A stretch of DNA of 64,000 nt from an uncultured delta proteobacterium (GCA_963801935.1 CAWDHA010000016.1:75814-139813), one strand, 5' to 3'. Positions 18,370 to 30,571 are shown, numbered from the stretch's first letter. Made by a program: numbers and translations. The notes: generated by a model from the letters alone, not told the origin.

Positions 18370-21300
18370 GTGAAGCAGGTGCGCAACAAACAACGCCCTT
18401 CGGTTGAGCCAACGCGTTACCGCTCGTTCATAAACGCTAGCCCCTCGCCGGCGCTTGCAAAAGCCAGTCTCTTGCGGCTCATAGAGAGCGGCGGCTTAAA
18501 ACCGTTAGAACAGCTCTCTCGGTCGGACTGGCCTGCCCTGTTTGGTGTGCTCGGCGCCAGCACTTTTCTTAGCGATGTCCTGTTTCGCCGCGGCAAAGAC
18601 TGGCCGGTTCTTTTTCTCGACCAGCTGCACACGAAAAGTAAAACGGTCGCGGCACACCTGCGCGACTTGGCGCCCCACATAGAGAACGCCGAATCGATTG
18701 CGGAATTTTGCACTCATCTGCGCCGGCATAAACAGCAGGAATATCTGCGCATTGGCGCGCGCGATTTACTGGCGGCAGTGAGCTTGGAAGAGACCTTGAG
18801 AGAGCTTACGGCGCTAGCCGAAGGTTCAGTTGAGGCGGCCTACCGCTTCTGTCGAGCTCAAGTCGAGAAGGATTTTGGCGTGCTCAACCTGCCCGGTAGC
18901 GCGCAACACAATCGTTTCGTGATTCTGGGCATGGGAAAATTGGGCGGCGGCGAGCTCAATTTCAGCTCCGATATAGACGTTATCTATCTGTTTGAGAGCG
19001 ACGAAGGCGAAAGCCTCGGCGGGCACAAGGGCAAAACCGACCCCAGGTCTTTTTTCTCCGAGATCGGCAAAAAAATCATTCATTGCATGGGCGAGGTTAC
19101 CGAGGAAGGCTTTGTCTTCCGCATCGATCTGCGCCTGCGGCCCCTGGGAGCCAATGGGCCGCTGGTGCAGTCGGTAGGATCGGCGATGCTTTACTATGAA
19201 TCCTGGGGTCAGTGCTGGGAGCGCGCGGCCCTGATCAAGGCGCGCCCGCTGGCGGGTGAAACGGATCTTGGCGCTGAGTTTTTGAAAGAGGTTGAGCCTT
19301 TCGTTTACCGGCGCTATCTCGACTATACGACGGTCGACGAACTGCGCCACATGAAGAGTCGGATCGAGAATGAACTGCTAAGCGGCAGCGGCAAGGAGCG
19401 CAATATCAAGCTCGGCTACGGTGGAATTCGTGAGATCGAGTTCTTCGCCCAGGCGTTACAGCTCGTCAACGGCGGCTATGTGCCAGAGCTCAGAGAACCG
19501 AGCACCTTGGCGGCTCTCAGCAAACTTGCGCACCATCAATTTATCTCACTGCGTGAGCGCGACAAGTTAACCGCTGCTTATCGTTTCCTGCGCCAGGCGG
19601 AGCACAAGGTTCAAATCGTCCAGGAAGCCCACGCCCATTCGATTCCCGAGGGGAAAGACGAAGAGCAGGCGCTGGCGCGGCGTCTAGGTTATCGAGCAGA
19701 GGGCAAAGTATCCGAACGTGAACTTTTTTGGCGCGACCACCGCATCCACACCAATGCCGTGCGCGCGGTATTCGATAGACTCTTTTATGGCGCGCAAAAG
19801 GAAATCGCCGGCGAAGGCGCTTCTGATGCAGGCGCGGTCTGGCATGATCTCGATCGCCGGGAAGTTATCGTCGATGAGCTCAGCGACTTAGGATTTGCCG
19901 AGCCGGAGCGAGCCTATGAGAATCTGCTTTCGGTACGCGACGGCGAGAGCTATGCGCCGCCGAGTCCCAAACGCCTGCAAGTCCTGCGCGCCCTTGGACC
20001 GGCCCTTATAGCAGATGTCGCGCAGGCGGGCGCGCCGGATCAGGCTTTGCTCAATTTGGCCAAGTTCAGCCACCGCATCGGCGGCCGCACCGGGTTTTTG
20101 ACCCTGCTCGCGGAGAACCCGCGAACCATGCGCTTGCTCATTACCTTGTTCGCCGACAGCCAATTTTTGACCGATCTATTTCTAAACCGGCCGGAGCTGA
20201 TCGATACGTTAATCCGCGGCGATCTCACGCGGATTCACAAGACGGCAGACGAAATGCTTTCAGAGCTCTCCAGCGCGGTCGCTGAACAGAACGATATCGA
20301 AGGGAAACTGAACTCACTGCGGCGCTACAAAACTGAAGAATTCATCCGCATCGGCTTGCACGACCTCGGTGGGACGGTCGAGTTAAACGCAGTCCTGCGC
20401 GAGCTTTCTATTCTCGCCGAAGCTTCGGTCGAAGTAGCGTTTCGTACGACCCTGGACGAGCTCGAAAAAAGACACGGCCAGGTTGCCGGCGGACGCTTCG
20501 CGATTATCGGCGGCGGCAAACTAGGCGGCATGGAGATCGATTACAATTCTGATCTTGATCTGGTTTTCGTCTATCATGCGACTGACAGAGGCACAAACTT
20601 CAGGGGGTTCCCAAGGTCGTTTGCCGGCCCATGAATTTTATGTGCGCCTCGGGCAAAAATTGATTACCTATCTTTCCGCTCCGACCGAGGAAGGAATCGC
20701 CTACAAGATCGACATGCAGCTTCGTCCTTCGGGCAAAGCCGGCCCGGTGGTCTGTTCGCTCGACGCCTATCGCGAATATCACAGAAGGGACTCGCAACTT
20801 TGGGAACGGCAGGCATTGATTAAGACCCGTGTGATTGCCGGAGATGCACGCCTGGGCAGAGAAATCGAGAAAATCGCGGAGGGATTCGCCTACGGTTCAG
20901 GGCTTTCGAAAGAAAGTATCGGGGAAATTCACCACCTGCGCATGCGCATGGAGCGCGAGCTCGCGGGCGAGGACGAGAAGCGCTTCAATCTCAAGAAAGG
21001 GCGCGGCGGGCTGGTCGATATCGAATTCCTGACGCAAATGTTGCAACTCGCCCATGGTCACCGTTTGCGCGCTTTGCGGCGGCGGGGAACCTTGAAAGCG
21101 CTGGAACAACTCTTGGAACATAAGATCCTAAACAAATATGACTATAGACTCCTCTCCGAAGGCTATTCGTTTCTGCGCCGCTTGGATCACCGCCTGCGCC
21201 TGGAGCGCGATCAGTCTATCGATGCCTTCGAAGCCGACCCCGCACGTCTGGAGGGGATCGCCCGCAGTCTCTATAAAAGCCGCCCGGGCGGCAAAGGAGC

Positions 21301-21487
21301 GCGAGCTGGCCGAAGATTGCTGCGCGATTACGAAGCCACCCGGGAAAAAATCCGCGCCTGCTATGAAAAACATTTTTTGCCAGGGCCAGAGCCCCGGGCC
21401 AAGCGGCCTGCGGGCCGTCAAAAAAATTTCCGTTTTAGAATAATATTATTGACAGTAGCACGGTTCAGGGATACTTTATGCGCATGA
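18370..21487 (+). CDS. glnE: Glutamine synthetase adenylyltransferase/adenylyl-removing enzyme, one apparent frameshift at about 20605
   Basis: Two GlnE nucleotidyltransferase repeats are present (GMGKLGGGELNFSSDIDVIYLF..RIDLRLRP and GGGKLGGMEIDYNSDLDLVFVY..KIDMQLRPSG). ORFs 18370..20634 and 20555..21487 join across a G5 run. Confidence 0.85.
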
Positions 21488-21888
21488 AGAAACACATACT
21501 AAAGGGCCTTGCCCTGGGTTTATTTATAGCCGTGACCAGCGCCTCGGTGCGCGCGCAGAACGGGGATTTGAACAGCCAGCCGGCTGAGCCGGGGCTGGGT
21601 GAAGAGGTGGGTTACGGTGTCGGATCGGCGGTCGCCACCCTGGTTTATATACCGGTAAAAGTAGTTTACGCGGGCCTCGGTCTGCTTACCGGCGGACTCG
21701 GCTTTGTTTTAAGCGGCGGTAAAGCCGATGTGGCGAATAACATTATCTACCCTTCGATTCGCGGCAACTATGTGGTTACGCCGAGTCACTTGAAGGGCGA
21801 GGAGCCGATATACTTTGTCGGTGCGCCGCCGGCCGAGAGCGGCCCGCGGGTTGATGCGGCTCCGGCGTCGCCCACCGCCACGCGCTAG
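21478..21888 (+). CDS. Small secreted/membrane protein (signal peptide)
   Basis: MRMKKHILKGLALGLFIAVTSASVRAQ is a signal peptide. It is followed by Gly-rich hydrophobic segments. No family was recognised. Confidence 0.45.
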   Translation: MRMKKHILKGLALGLFIAVTSASVRAQNGDLNSQPAEPGLGEEVGYGVGSAVATLVYIPVKVVYAGLGLLTGGLGFVLSGGKADVANNIIYPSIRGNYVVTPSHLKGEEPIYFVGAPPAESGPRVDAAPASPTATR

Positions 21889-22044
21889 CAGCCCGTCGTG
21901 GAAGTCTCACGTCGCACCGAGACGGGCGAGGCGCCCCGATGGCAAGGCGCGACGACCGAGAACATCGGGAATATTTGAGCGAGGAGCAACGCAGCCAGCG
22001 GGGATGCATCGCCCCGTCGAATGCAGCCAATTCCGCCACGGCTG

Positions 22045-22818
22045 CTAAGCGCCGACGCAAACGCCGCGTTTCGAGGATTTGATAAAATCCAGGAGGGCCG
22101 ACAGATCGCTGTCGGCCCTCCGTTTGCCTTCCAGTTCCTCCACTGCCAGCGCCAGATTGCGTCCTTTGCGAAACAGGATGCGAAACGCTTCTCTGATCGC
22201 GCGAATCCGCTTTTCATCAAATCCGGCGCGCTTCAAGCCGATCACGTTAACCCCGCGCACGGTGTGTTGCCAATCGATGATGGCGTAAGGGGGCACGTCG
22301 CGGCTCGTGCCGCTCAAGCCGCGCATCAGCGCATAGTCACCGATGCGCACGAACTGGTGTACCACCGAGTTACCGGAAATAAAAACATTATTCCCTACTT
22401 CAACGTAACCGGCCAGGAGCGCGCCATTGGCCAGGATGATGTGATCGCCGAGTTTGCAATTATGGCCGACATGCGCAGTCGCCATTAAGAAATTATCATC
22501 GCCGATGATCGTCGTCGAACCCGCCACCGTGCCCCGGTGGATTTGCGCGTGTTCGCGAATCACGTTTCGGTCGCCGATCTTCAGGTAGCTCTCGGTATCT
22601 TTGTATGCCTTATCCTGGGGCGCAGCGCCAAGCACCGCGCCCGGATGAATTTCATTGTCCGCGCCGATCTCGGTCCAGCCGGTTACATAAGCATGGGCCA
22701 TCACGCGGGTTCCCACTTTGATCTTGACTGGGCCATCGACCACAGCATAAGGGCCGATCTCGACGCCGGTGTCGATCTCTGCCCGAGGGTCGATGATTGC
22801 GGTCGGATGAATGGCCAT
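22045..22818 (-). CDS. lpxA: Acyl-ACP--UDP-N-acetylglucosamine O-acyltransferase
   Basis: Intact 257 aa. It has MAIHPTAIIDPRAEI.. hexapeptide repeats, HIGHNCKLGDHIILANGALLAGYVEVG, and the C-terminal helical domain GLKRAGF..IRAIREAFRILF. Confidence 0.85.
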   Translation of the reverse strand: MAIHPTAIIDPRAEIDTGVEIGPYAVVDGPVKIKVGTRVMAHAYVTGWTEIGADNEIHPGAVLGAAPQDKAYKDTESYLKIGDRNVIREHAQIHRGTVAGSTTIIGDDNFLMATAHVGHNCKLGDHIILANGALLAGYVEVGNNVFISGNSVVHQFVRIGDYALMRGLSGTSRDVPPYAIIDWQHTVRGVNVIGLKRAGFDEKRIRAIREAFRILFRKGRNLALAVEELEGKRRADSDLSALLDFIKSSKRGVCVGA

Positions 22819-23002
22819 GCAAAAGGGTGCTGCCAGCGGTGTCCTCTCAAGTATTGGTGCTTATATACGAATCGTTGCGGCAAGCGGCACTATTTAGGAG
22901 GACGCAGCAAAATCCAAGGAATCTGAAGAGGTGTCGATTTTCACCTCCGCGGATGACGCACGCGCTCTTGGATCAAGCCAACAGCATGTACTTGCCGCTG
23001 GT

Positions 23003-23191
23003 TCAGGCTTTATCGTCTTCGTCTTCGTCGTCCGCGTCTATCTCCGAGTCCTCCGTCGGAATGCGATAGCGCTCGGTCGTCCAGGCGCCGAGATCAATGA
23101 GCTGGCAGCGCTCAGAACAAAACGGCCGATAGCGATTGCCTTGCCATCGTGCGTCGGAACGGCAGGTTGGACATTTGACCGTCTCGGGCAT
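23003..23191 (-). CDS. yacG: DNA gyrase inhibitor YacG (zinc finger)
   Basis: VKCPTCRSDARWQGNRYRPFCSERCQLIDLGAWTTERYRIP is the YacG signature, with an acidic tail. Confidence 0.8.
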   Translation of the reverse strand: MPETVKCPTCRSDARWQGNRYRPFCSERCQLIDLGAWTTERYRIPTEDSEIDADDEDEDDKA

Positions 23192-23685
23192 GCTTTCTCA
23201 ACATTATGAATCCATAGCGCTCATTGCAAACAGCTTTTTCGATTAGGCTCAACCGTCGTATTCAGCTTGATAAATATAATCAAACAAGTGTGGAAACCGG
23301 AAATAGGAAGAGCGGTCTTTCGGAGACTAAAAACGAAAGCGTTACCATTGCAGTAGCAGACGAAGGATAGGCCCATGAGACGAACCATAGAGAAGCTATA
23401 GAGTCAAAGGAAGTTATCGTCGAAGCTGAAGAGGACTCTGCTTTGATACCGTCCCCACGAATTTCTAACGGCGAGTTCGCTCTGGATCGACAGGATCGTT
23501 GAAAAGTGCTGGAGGACGTAATGATCGTAGTTAGATAAACCGTTGGTCCTCCTAGCTAGTGTGGTATCCCCGAAGTTCGCTGAAAAACTCCAAACAATCG
23601 CAGCGGCCGGACCCATCTGTGAAATCCGCAGGCGGTCCCCGGAGGAGCGCCGACCTTTCACCTCCACGTCGGAACGTGCACAGTG

Positions 23686-24644
23686 TTACCTGCCTCCCGG
23701 AGAGTAAAAGCTCTCCAAGAGCCTGCGGCGCATTATCACTTCTCCGCCTGGGAGCGCATCGAACTTGGTGGTGCCATCGAGGTTTTGAAGGATTTTACGA
23801 CCTTCGCCGTTCTCATGCATCGCGAGCAAAATCGCCTCGAGCCGATCGACCAGCGCCGGCGCCAGATCGCTGCGCACGGAAAGCAAGTGGCGCGGTAGAC
23901 GTTCCGTTTGCGCCAGCACCCGCGATGTCGAGCTTCTTCTTATCTTCCAGCGAACCGTAATCGTCGTTGCTGCACGCCCCAGCGTCGACCCGCCGCGTCA
24001 GTACCAGGTCGACAAGTTTCTCTCGCGAATAGGCAAAAACATAACCGACGTCAGTCGCCAGGCTGTTCGCATTAAATCGATTTCTTTCCGCCAGCTTCAG
24101 ACCGCGGCGGAGCAAATATAACTTCGGCAGCAAATAGCCGGACGTCGACCCGGCATCTTCAAAGACGATGGTTTTCCCCTGCAGATCTTCCAGACGCTTT
24201 ATGCCAGCGTCTCGCCGCGTGAAGATCACGCTGTAATAATCCGCCAGGCCGCTCTTCCAGCGGCGCAAGAGCAACCTCCCCACCCCGTGGACGAAATTGA
24301 TCACGTGAGTCGGGTAGGCGCTCTCCATGTAGAAATCGACTCGCCGTTGCTCGAGGCAATCTGGCGAGCTCGAACGCGGTCGGCGCCGTCACAACTCTCG
24401 CGTCGATATGGGCGCCGGCCGTAAGCTTTCGGGCTATGTAGCGCACGAAGTCACTGAAGTGCTCTTCGATTTGCTTGCGGTGGGTTTCAGAAACCATTCC
24501 CAGTGACAGAGCCTTCAGTTTCACGGGCTCTTCGCGCGCCTGCACCGGCGCGCGCACCTGAGCCGCAACCTTGGAACCGGCGAGCAAGCAGCAGAGGAGC
24601 GCCGCCGAACCAACAGCAAAGTAGGATAAAAATCTCTGGTACAT
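23686..24644 (-). pseudogene. Phosphonate/phosphite-type ABC substrate-binding protein (PhnD-like), at least 2 frameshifts
   Basis: Signal peptide and N-terminus lie in 24159..24644. The core YYSVIFTRRDAGIKRLEDLQGKTIVFEDAGSTSGYLLPKLYL lies in 23813..24328. The C-terminus lies in 23686..23919. No cognate permease or ATPase is adjacent. Confidence 0.65.
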
Positions 24645-24984
24645 TTTTGATACCGCCAGGATTTAAGGACCGCTGAAAGAATCGATAGGGTACTGTGGCA
24701 CACGTAATACAAGATGATCCGCCGCGCAAACGCCCGCATGCCAGGCCGCTCCAGCTCCCGAGCGTGGGCAGGCCGTCGCGCGCCAGGTGCTTCCGCGCCG
24801 AAGAACGGCTGCTTCTTAAAGCGGGCCAAAAACAGAAGAGGCAAGGAGAATACGTTGTAACGAACGCCTATTCAACGCAGAAGTGCGCCCGCGCAAAATC
24901 CAACTAGCCAAATCCTTTTGAACAAAGTAAGGCTGGCGCAGTGCCATAAAGGAGCACAGACGGAGCGCCTCGGCAAAACGCGGC

Positions 24985-25019
24985 AAAAAAAAGCCCGGCC
25001 TGGAAATTTTCCAGCCGGA
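24985..25019 (-). terminator. Rho-independent terminator closing the minus-strand glycan locus
   Basis: The minus strand reads GTCCGGCTGGAAAATTTCCAGGCCGGGC followed by T8 (complement of the A8 run at 24985-24992). The stem is about 11 bp with one bulge. It lies about 105 nt after the last minus-strand ORF (25124). Confidence 0.7.
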
Positions 25020-25123
25020 CTTTATCAGAGACCATCGCGTTATCGGGTTATTTATTTCTCTTTTCTGACTCCGTTCAAGAAGGGCGCGAATAAGTTTACT
25101 AAAAGATGCTTGGCGCACGGAGT

Positions 25124-25531
25124 TTAGCTTTGAAAAGGCATTTTTCGATGAATATTAAGGAACTTAATACATTTTACAGAGTTCCATATGCCGGTCACCG
25201 CGCACCGAATCAGACGAGAGATGTAGTGCAGAGGCAAAAGCCACGGGTTCTTGATTTGTCGGGCCCATGATAAATAGCCTGGCGAGGGGAAAAGTGCCCA
25301 GCTAATAATGGTCACTCGTTCGCGCCAACCGCGTGCGTTCTGAAGTAAATTTCTTACGCCACCGCGAGGCACGGAGCACGCGCCATGTAAGGCAAAATCT
25401 CGTCCGACTGCATCCGTTTGTGATGCCGACGCGAATAGACGATTTAAAAAACTTCTAGGTATAGGCGCATTTAGATCTTCCGCCAAATAGGCAAGCGTTA
25501 CCGCCATTGAAACTTTTGCCGCGGAGACCAC
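25124..25531 (-). pseudogene. C-terminal remnant of a second PF14907-like nucleotidyltransferase
   Basis: ..WRERVTIISWALFPSPGYLSWARQIKNPWLLPLHYISRLIR resembles the C-terminal region of that family. The nucleotidyltransferase core is absent because the upstream space is occupied by the epimerase pseudogene. Confidence 0.4.
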
Positions 25532-26256
25532 GAGAGCGCTTGGCGTGTATGCGAGAGATCATAAGGCGCCGTCTTCTGCGCTGAGACCCCGTAGACGACG
25601 TGAAAACCGTCGAGGTCCGCCTCCACGCACCGCCGGAACAGGCTTTTTATATCGTTCACGCCGATCCAGCGCGCGCGCAGATCTTCGTCGCCTAATGGCG
25701 CCCTATCGTACATTCCGATTCGCACCGCTACGAATGTTTCCAACTTTCCTTCGTCGACGAACATCCTGCCGGCAAGCTCGCCAACGTCTTCGACAGACCG
25801 TACGCCGTCAGCGGAAACGGCGGCGTGCCGGAGTCGATTTTTGGCCCGTCAGGCTGGTAGCAAGCAGGCGCCAATTTCTGCTCGAGTGCTTTTACCGCCC
25901 AATTGGAACTCGCGAAGACGACGCGCCGCACCCCATGCACGGCCGCGGTATGGATGACGTTCCAGGTTGCTTCAATGTTGTTCGGCAGGTTTTTCCCACG
26001 GTGCCGCGGGGTCTATATTGGCGGCAAGGTGGACGACCACCTGAGCCCCCTTGAGCGCGTCGCTCCAGCGCGCCGATCTCGGCTTCAGCCACCGCCAAAA
26101 CCGGGCAGTGACGGGACGGCGCGCCAAATCGGCAACGATGGAATCTTGCCCGTTTACCCGCCTTAAATCGATGAGGCAAAGCTGATGGGACTGGGAGAGT
26201 TCCTTGACCACCTCGGTCCCGATTTGGCCGGCGGCGCCGGTAACAACCACACGCAT
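25498..26256 (-). pseudogene. NAD-dependent epimerase/dehydratase (SDR), at least 2 frameshifts
   Basis: MRVVVTGAAGQIGTEVV..VVHLAA (25972..26256), RVVFASSNWAV..PLTAYGLSK (25728..25940, YxxxK) and a C-terminus in 25498..25764. Confidence 0.7.
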
Positions 26257-26458
26257 GTTGCTATTGGAAAGACGAACTAAATGTGACGAGCGCAGAGTAA
26301 AACCGGTTCAGCCGGTTTCGACGAGAATTTATAGTGACGCAACAGTCGATCCGACGGGCGGCGGAGTTCAAAGTCGGCGTATGGTGTCCCGTAAGAAATG
26401 TGCGAGCTGATGGCTCGAAGTAATCGAGCTGCATCGAACAGTCAGCGGGCAGCGCTTC

Positions 26459-27631
26459 TCATCTGTTGCGGTTCGCGTTTAAGTTGACTGTGTTTCCCGG
26501 ATTGTGCACCGCCAGACGAAACGGCAGCGACGTGAGCCACCAAAAAAACACATGCGCCCGAGAACAGTCGTATAGTCCGGCCGCCCATACCTTGTTCTTT
26601 AATGCGCCTGGGGCGGCTTCGATAAGCGTGCGACGGTATTCCGGAGAGAGATCCTTGATCAGCCGCCGTTCACGAGCAATCGCGTGGGAAGCGTCGGGAA
26701 AACGATCGTGGCAATCAAAAAGATCCAAGAACAAGGCCAGAACGTTCACCGTTATGCGCAGGATCTTCTCGCGCCGGCGCCGCTCAAGAAAGCCGCGCCA
26801 TTCGAACTGCCCGCTGAGCCCGCTAAGAATAAAATACAGATCCACGAACTGCTTTAACCCAGCCGCGCCTCTCTCGATGTCCTTGAAAATCGAGATGAGG
26901 GTGAAAACGACCTGGTACTCGTCGGACAAGACGAAATAATGCTGATTTCGGAGTAGAAAATTTTGCCGCTGATTCCAGATCGCGTTGTAGTCGAGGCGGT
27001 GGCCGGCGTTGGCGGAAAGAAGCCAGTGCAAATCGAGGGCTACTTCCGATTTGGTGAAATCGAAAGCGTGAGTGAAGCGGGCGGTCAGGCTCTCATTGAT
27101 CAGCACCGTGGACTTCCTGATGTAGCCGGAATCGCGCAACAACCGCTCGACGGCCGGCACCTGTTCGCCCCTGACGAGAATGTCCAAATCGTGGAAAACA
27201 CGCCGGTCGATTCCGCCGAAAAACCGTGCTGCCAAATAGGGGCCTTTAAGCAAAATGAACTCATGGCCTGCCGCAGTGAGGAGAGCGGAAAGGCGCGCCA
27301 GCTCACGAACCAGCTTCTCTTGCGCGACCCACCGGTCGAGCGAGTACGCCTTGATTTCGCCGAGGCAACGGCCGAGAAGGAATTGCTGCGGCTTTGATTG
27401 CGTAAGCAACCAATTGACCAGAAGTTGAAGCTGGTAGCGCTCGATGAAACGCGTGAAAGCGCCGGAACGCGCGCCGTCTGCCTCAGCCCCCGGCGGCGTA
27501 TCGCCGTCTGCGCCTCTGATAAGGCGGGCAAGCAGCCCGAGGTTGTGCTCGAAGCAGGGGTCCACGCTGTCGCGGTTCTTCAGGCCGAAGAGCATTGTTA
27601 ATGTCGCCCGTTCGGGCTCATCTGCGCGCAA
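26459..27631 (-). CDS. Uncharacterised nucleotidyltransferase family protein (PF14907/NTP_transf_5-like)
   Basis: Intact 390 aa. FILLKGPYLAARFFGGIDRRVFHDLDILVRGEQVPAVERLLRDSGY...VALDLHWLL matches my recollection of this family's core. Confidence 0.6.
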   Translation of the reverse strand: MRADEPERATLTMLFGLKNRDSVDPCFEHNLGLLARLIRGADGDTPPGAEADGARSGAFTRFIERYQLQLLVNWLLTQSKPQQFLLGRCLGEIKAYSLDRWVAQEKLVRELARLSALLTAAGHEFILLKGPYLAARFFGGIDRRVFHDLDILVRGEQVPAVERLLRDSGYIRKSTVLINESLTARFTHAFDFTKSEVALDLHWLLSANAGHRLDYNAIWNQRQNFLLRNQHYFVLSDEYQVVFTLISIFKDIERGAAGLKQFVDLYFILSGLSGQFEWRGFLERRRREKILRITVNVLALFLDLFDCHDRFPDASHAIARERRLIKDLSPEYRRTLIEAAPGALKNKVWAAGLYDCSRAHVFFWWLTSLPFRLAVHNPGNTVNLNANRNR

Positions 27632-29431
27632 TGCATTTCGTAGAGCCTGGCATAGGCTCCCGACCGCGCCACAAGCTCGTCATGGGTGCCGGTTTCGACT
27701 ACGCGGCCCTCGTCCAATACGATGATCCGATCCGCCAATGCCAGTGTGGTGAACCGATGAGAGACAAGGATTGTCGTACGGCCCTTCGCCAAGTCGCGAA
27801 AATGGCAGAACAACTCATATTCGGTTCGGGCATCGACATGCGCCGTCGGTTCGTCCAGAATCAGTAGCGATGCGTCCCGCGCCAAGGCTCTGGCGATCGC
27901 CAACTTTTGCCATTGCCCGCCGGAAAGATCGTATTCACCGAACATGCGGCCTAGCATGGTGTCGTAGCCCTGTGGCATCGACTGAATCAAGCCGTGAACG
28001 CCCGCGGATACGGCGATCTCCCGGATTCGGTCCGGCCGGTCGAGCGTGCGCGGCCAATCGCCGTAGGCGATATTTTCAGCCGCCGTTGCCTCGTAACGAG
28101 TGAACCCTTGGGAAAGAAAAGCGAGGCCGCGGTGTAAATGGTCGAGTGACCAGTTGCGCAGGTCGATACCGTCGAGCCGCACGCATCCTTGATCGGGGTC
28201 GTACAGTCGCGCTATCAGCTTAACCAAGGTTGACTTCCCGGCGCCGTTCTCTCCGACCAATGCGACCACTTCTCCCGGTTTGATGTGCAAGGATACCGCC
28301 TCTAATGCCGGTGTCTTTGAACCAGGATACGTGAAAGACACGTTTGTCAGTTCCACTTCGCCGCTGCTGGAGACGGGCGTCAAGTCACCACGGCTAATCA
28401 TGCGCGGCGAGATCTGCAGGAAGCTTCTCAGATTGCTGAGATGCAGGGCCTGTTCCGTTACGCTGCTGACGGCGACGATCAACCGTTCCAAAGTGAAGCG
28501 CAGGCGAGAAGCCACCCCGGCATACAAAACGATGTCGCCGACGCTCAAGACGCCGCGCACGACCTGCAGCGTGACGCGCGCGAAAAGAAGGTAGAAGCTG
28601 ACGGTCGTCAGCACGGTAAAAACGGAGCTGGCGACGAAATCGCGCTTGTACCTTTGCCGATCCCGTTCGCGGAATTGGGTCATAAACTCGCGGAATTTCG
28701 TCAAGAAGAGCGGCCCCAGATCGAGCAGCTTGGTCTCCACTGCAGATTTTTGACCCGTAAGATGCGAGACAAAGTAGCGGCTCCAGCGACGCTTGACGGT
28801 CCACGACGCTTCTTCTAAATAACGCTGTTTCGCGGTTCGCCAGCGAAAGATCATATAGGGCACCGCGAAGGGACATATCAGCAGCAGCACCAGCGGTTCG
28901 AGATACATCAGAATAGCGACAATGGAGACGACTTGGACGGCATCTGAACAAGCCGTCTGCAGGTCGCATGACAAGTCGTGAAAAAGCCCCGGCCGTATCA
29001 TGCTGCGCGCGATCGATCGTGTCCTGAAGCCGCGGGTCCTCCAATGACGCCAGATCCAGTGAGGTAGCATGCCGGAGAACGTCCGACGTAACACTGAGAT
29101 TCAAGTCATCGGTTAGGCGTCGCATTAAGAACTTGTTGACCAGCGGGTATAGCCCCTCCATCAAAGCAAGCATAAATCCCAGCATGAGCCAGAACACCAA
29201 AGGTTCGAGATCCGCGTTCGCGCCGTGCGCGGACGCCTCAACGGCGGCATTGATAAGGCCGCGAGCCGCCAAAGCGACTCCCGCCGGTATGACGCCGCGC
29301 ACAACGACGATGGCGCATAGACCAAGGGAAAATCCCGCATTCGTTTTCCAGGTAGTTTTCAGCGCCCAGGCACATGTACCCAGAAGCTGGCTGATTTCCG
29401 ATTTAAAAGACAAGCCGCCCGATGCGCTCAT
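27598..29431 (-). CDS. Fused TMD-NBD ABC exporter (MsbA/type I exporter-like), one apparent frameshift near 28995
   Basis: The ATG at 29431 (MSASGGLSF..) opens the TM region in the 28394..29500 frame. The remaining TMD and the NBD lie in 27598..29094 (GENGAGKSTL Walker A, LSGGQWQKLAIARAL signature, LLILDEPTAHVD Walker B). Confidence 0.8.
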
Positions 29432-30533
29432 ATTGTGTTCACCTCGTCGCGTGGTGGTTGGCTGTCGTGTTGTTGTGCTGTGAGTAGGACCGCGCAGCAA
29501 GCAATCGTCGGACAGTCGCCCGCTGATCCCAGGATGATTATCGAGATATACCGCATGGCGTAGGTTCTATCCCAGTTTGCTCGTGGGGCCGCGAGAACGG
29601 CGTCTGACCGGGCGCGTATCACCGGATTTCACAACCACGCCACAGCGCGACTCGCGCACAACGTGGTCCGTTGGGAAACCGGACTCACTCACCACAGGCA
29701 GCCTGGCACGCAGGTAATGGTAAATCTTAGTGCTCTCATTGTTGTGCATGAACCGGCCTGCCGAAATCACAACTCCTACGTGGCCACGATAGCAATAGTC
29801 CCAGGTGCGCTCATACGGCAGCGAGCCCAGGTAAGTGACGTGCGCACGATCCAGCGCCAGAGCCGCGCACCGCCAGTGCCGAGTCGCGTGCCTAACTGGT
29901 TTAGCTTATCGAGCAGCGTCCGATTAGCTTCTGGCTGCGAAGACTGTCCGTAAATGGTCCCGGCGAAAACGCACCGAAGCTTGCCGTCGCGAGGATAGGG
30001 ATCGCGCCCCGGCGGCGAAATATCACGATCCGCTGCGCCCGGCACCAGCAGCATCCGGTCGTCAGACCCGAAGCACTGGGCTCACACCTGCCGGGCCGGT
30101 TCGCTTAGCACGGTATAAACCGGCTCCGCCGCTGGATGCGCTCCTGCACCGCGTACCTCCGCTTGCGCTGCTCACCATAAAATAGATGCCCTCCATATCG
30201 CGTGGCCACGACTGAACCCAGCTTGGAGATGATAAATGGGTGCTCGTCGCCGCCATAATGCTCCAGTGTCTGGAAACCTTGGCCGAACAGGGTCTTTACC
30301 ACGTCGCACTCATCCCACCGAACCCGTGTTAAGGGGACACGCCGGAGGCTGGGCGCCATCACCAGCTGCGTGCGACGCGCAAACCAACGCGGCGCAACTG
30401 TCGCGATATCGACTTGGTATCCCAAGCGAGCGAGCGCCTCGGAGATCTTGACCCAGAGGATATGCGACATGTCCACCGGTTTGAACCGCCGGTATCCCTG
30501 CCACATCCGATACACGGTAACGATGCGTGCCAT
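29428..30533 (-). pseudogene. Decayed paralogue of the glycosyltransferase at 35144..36259
   Basis: Collinear similarity runs across at least 4 frames. Examples are MARIVTVYRMW..FKPVDMSHILWVKISEALARLGYQVDIAT, HPFIISKLGSV, LLVPGAADRDISPPGRDPYPRDGKLRCVFAGTIY and SAGRFMHNNESTKIYHYLRARLPVVSESGFP. About 10 codons (YMLGSGDVSR) are missing relative to the intact copy. Confidence 0.7.
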
Positions 30534-30571
30534 ACGCGAAGAAAGGCTTCGGCTAAATTTTGACAATCTAC

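Noticed and set aside
23404-23667. 87-aa minus-strand ORF ending ..RVLFSFDDNFL, which could be the C-terminal strand region of an outer-membrane beta-barrel upstream of the PhnD-like gene.
   Set aside because: Only a weak terminal-aromatic resemblance. There is no alternating beta-strand pattern I could follow and no N-terminal part, so support is insufficient to annotate it.
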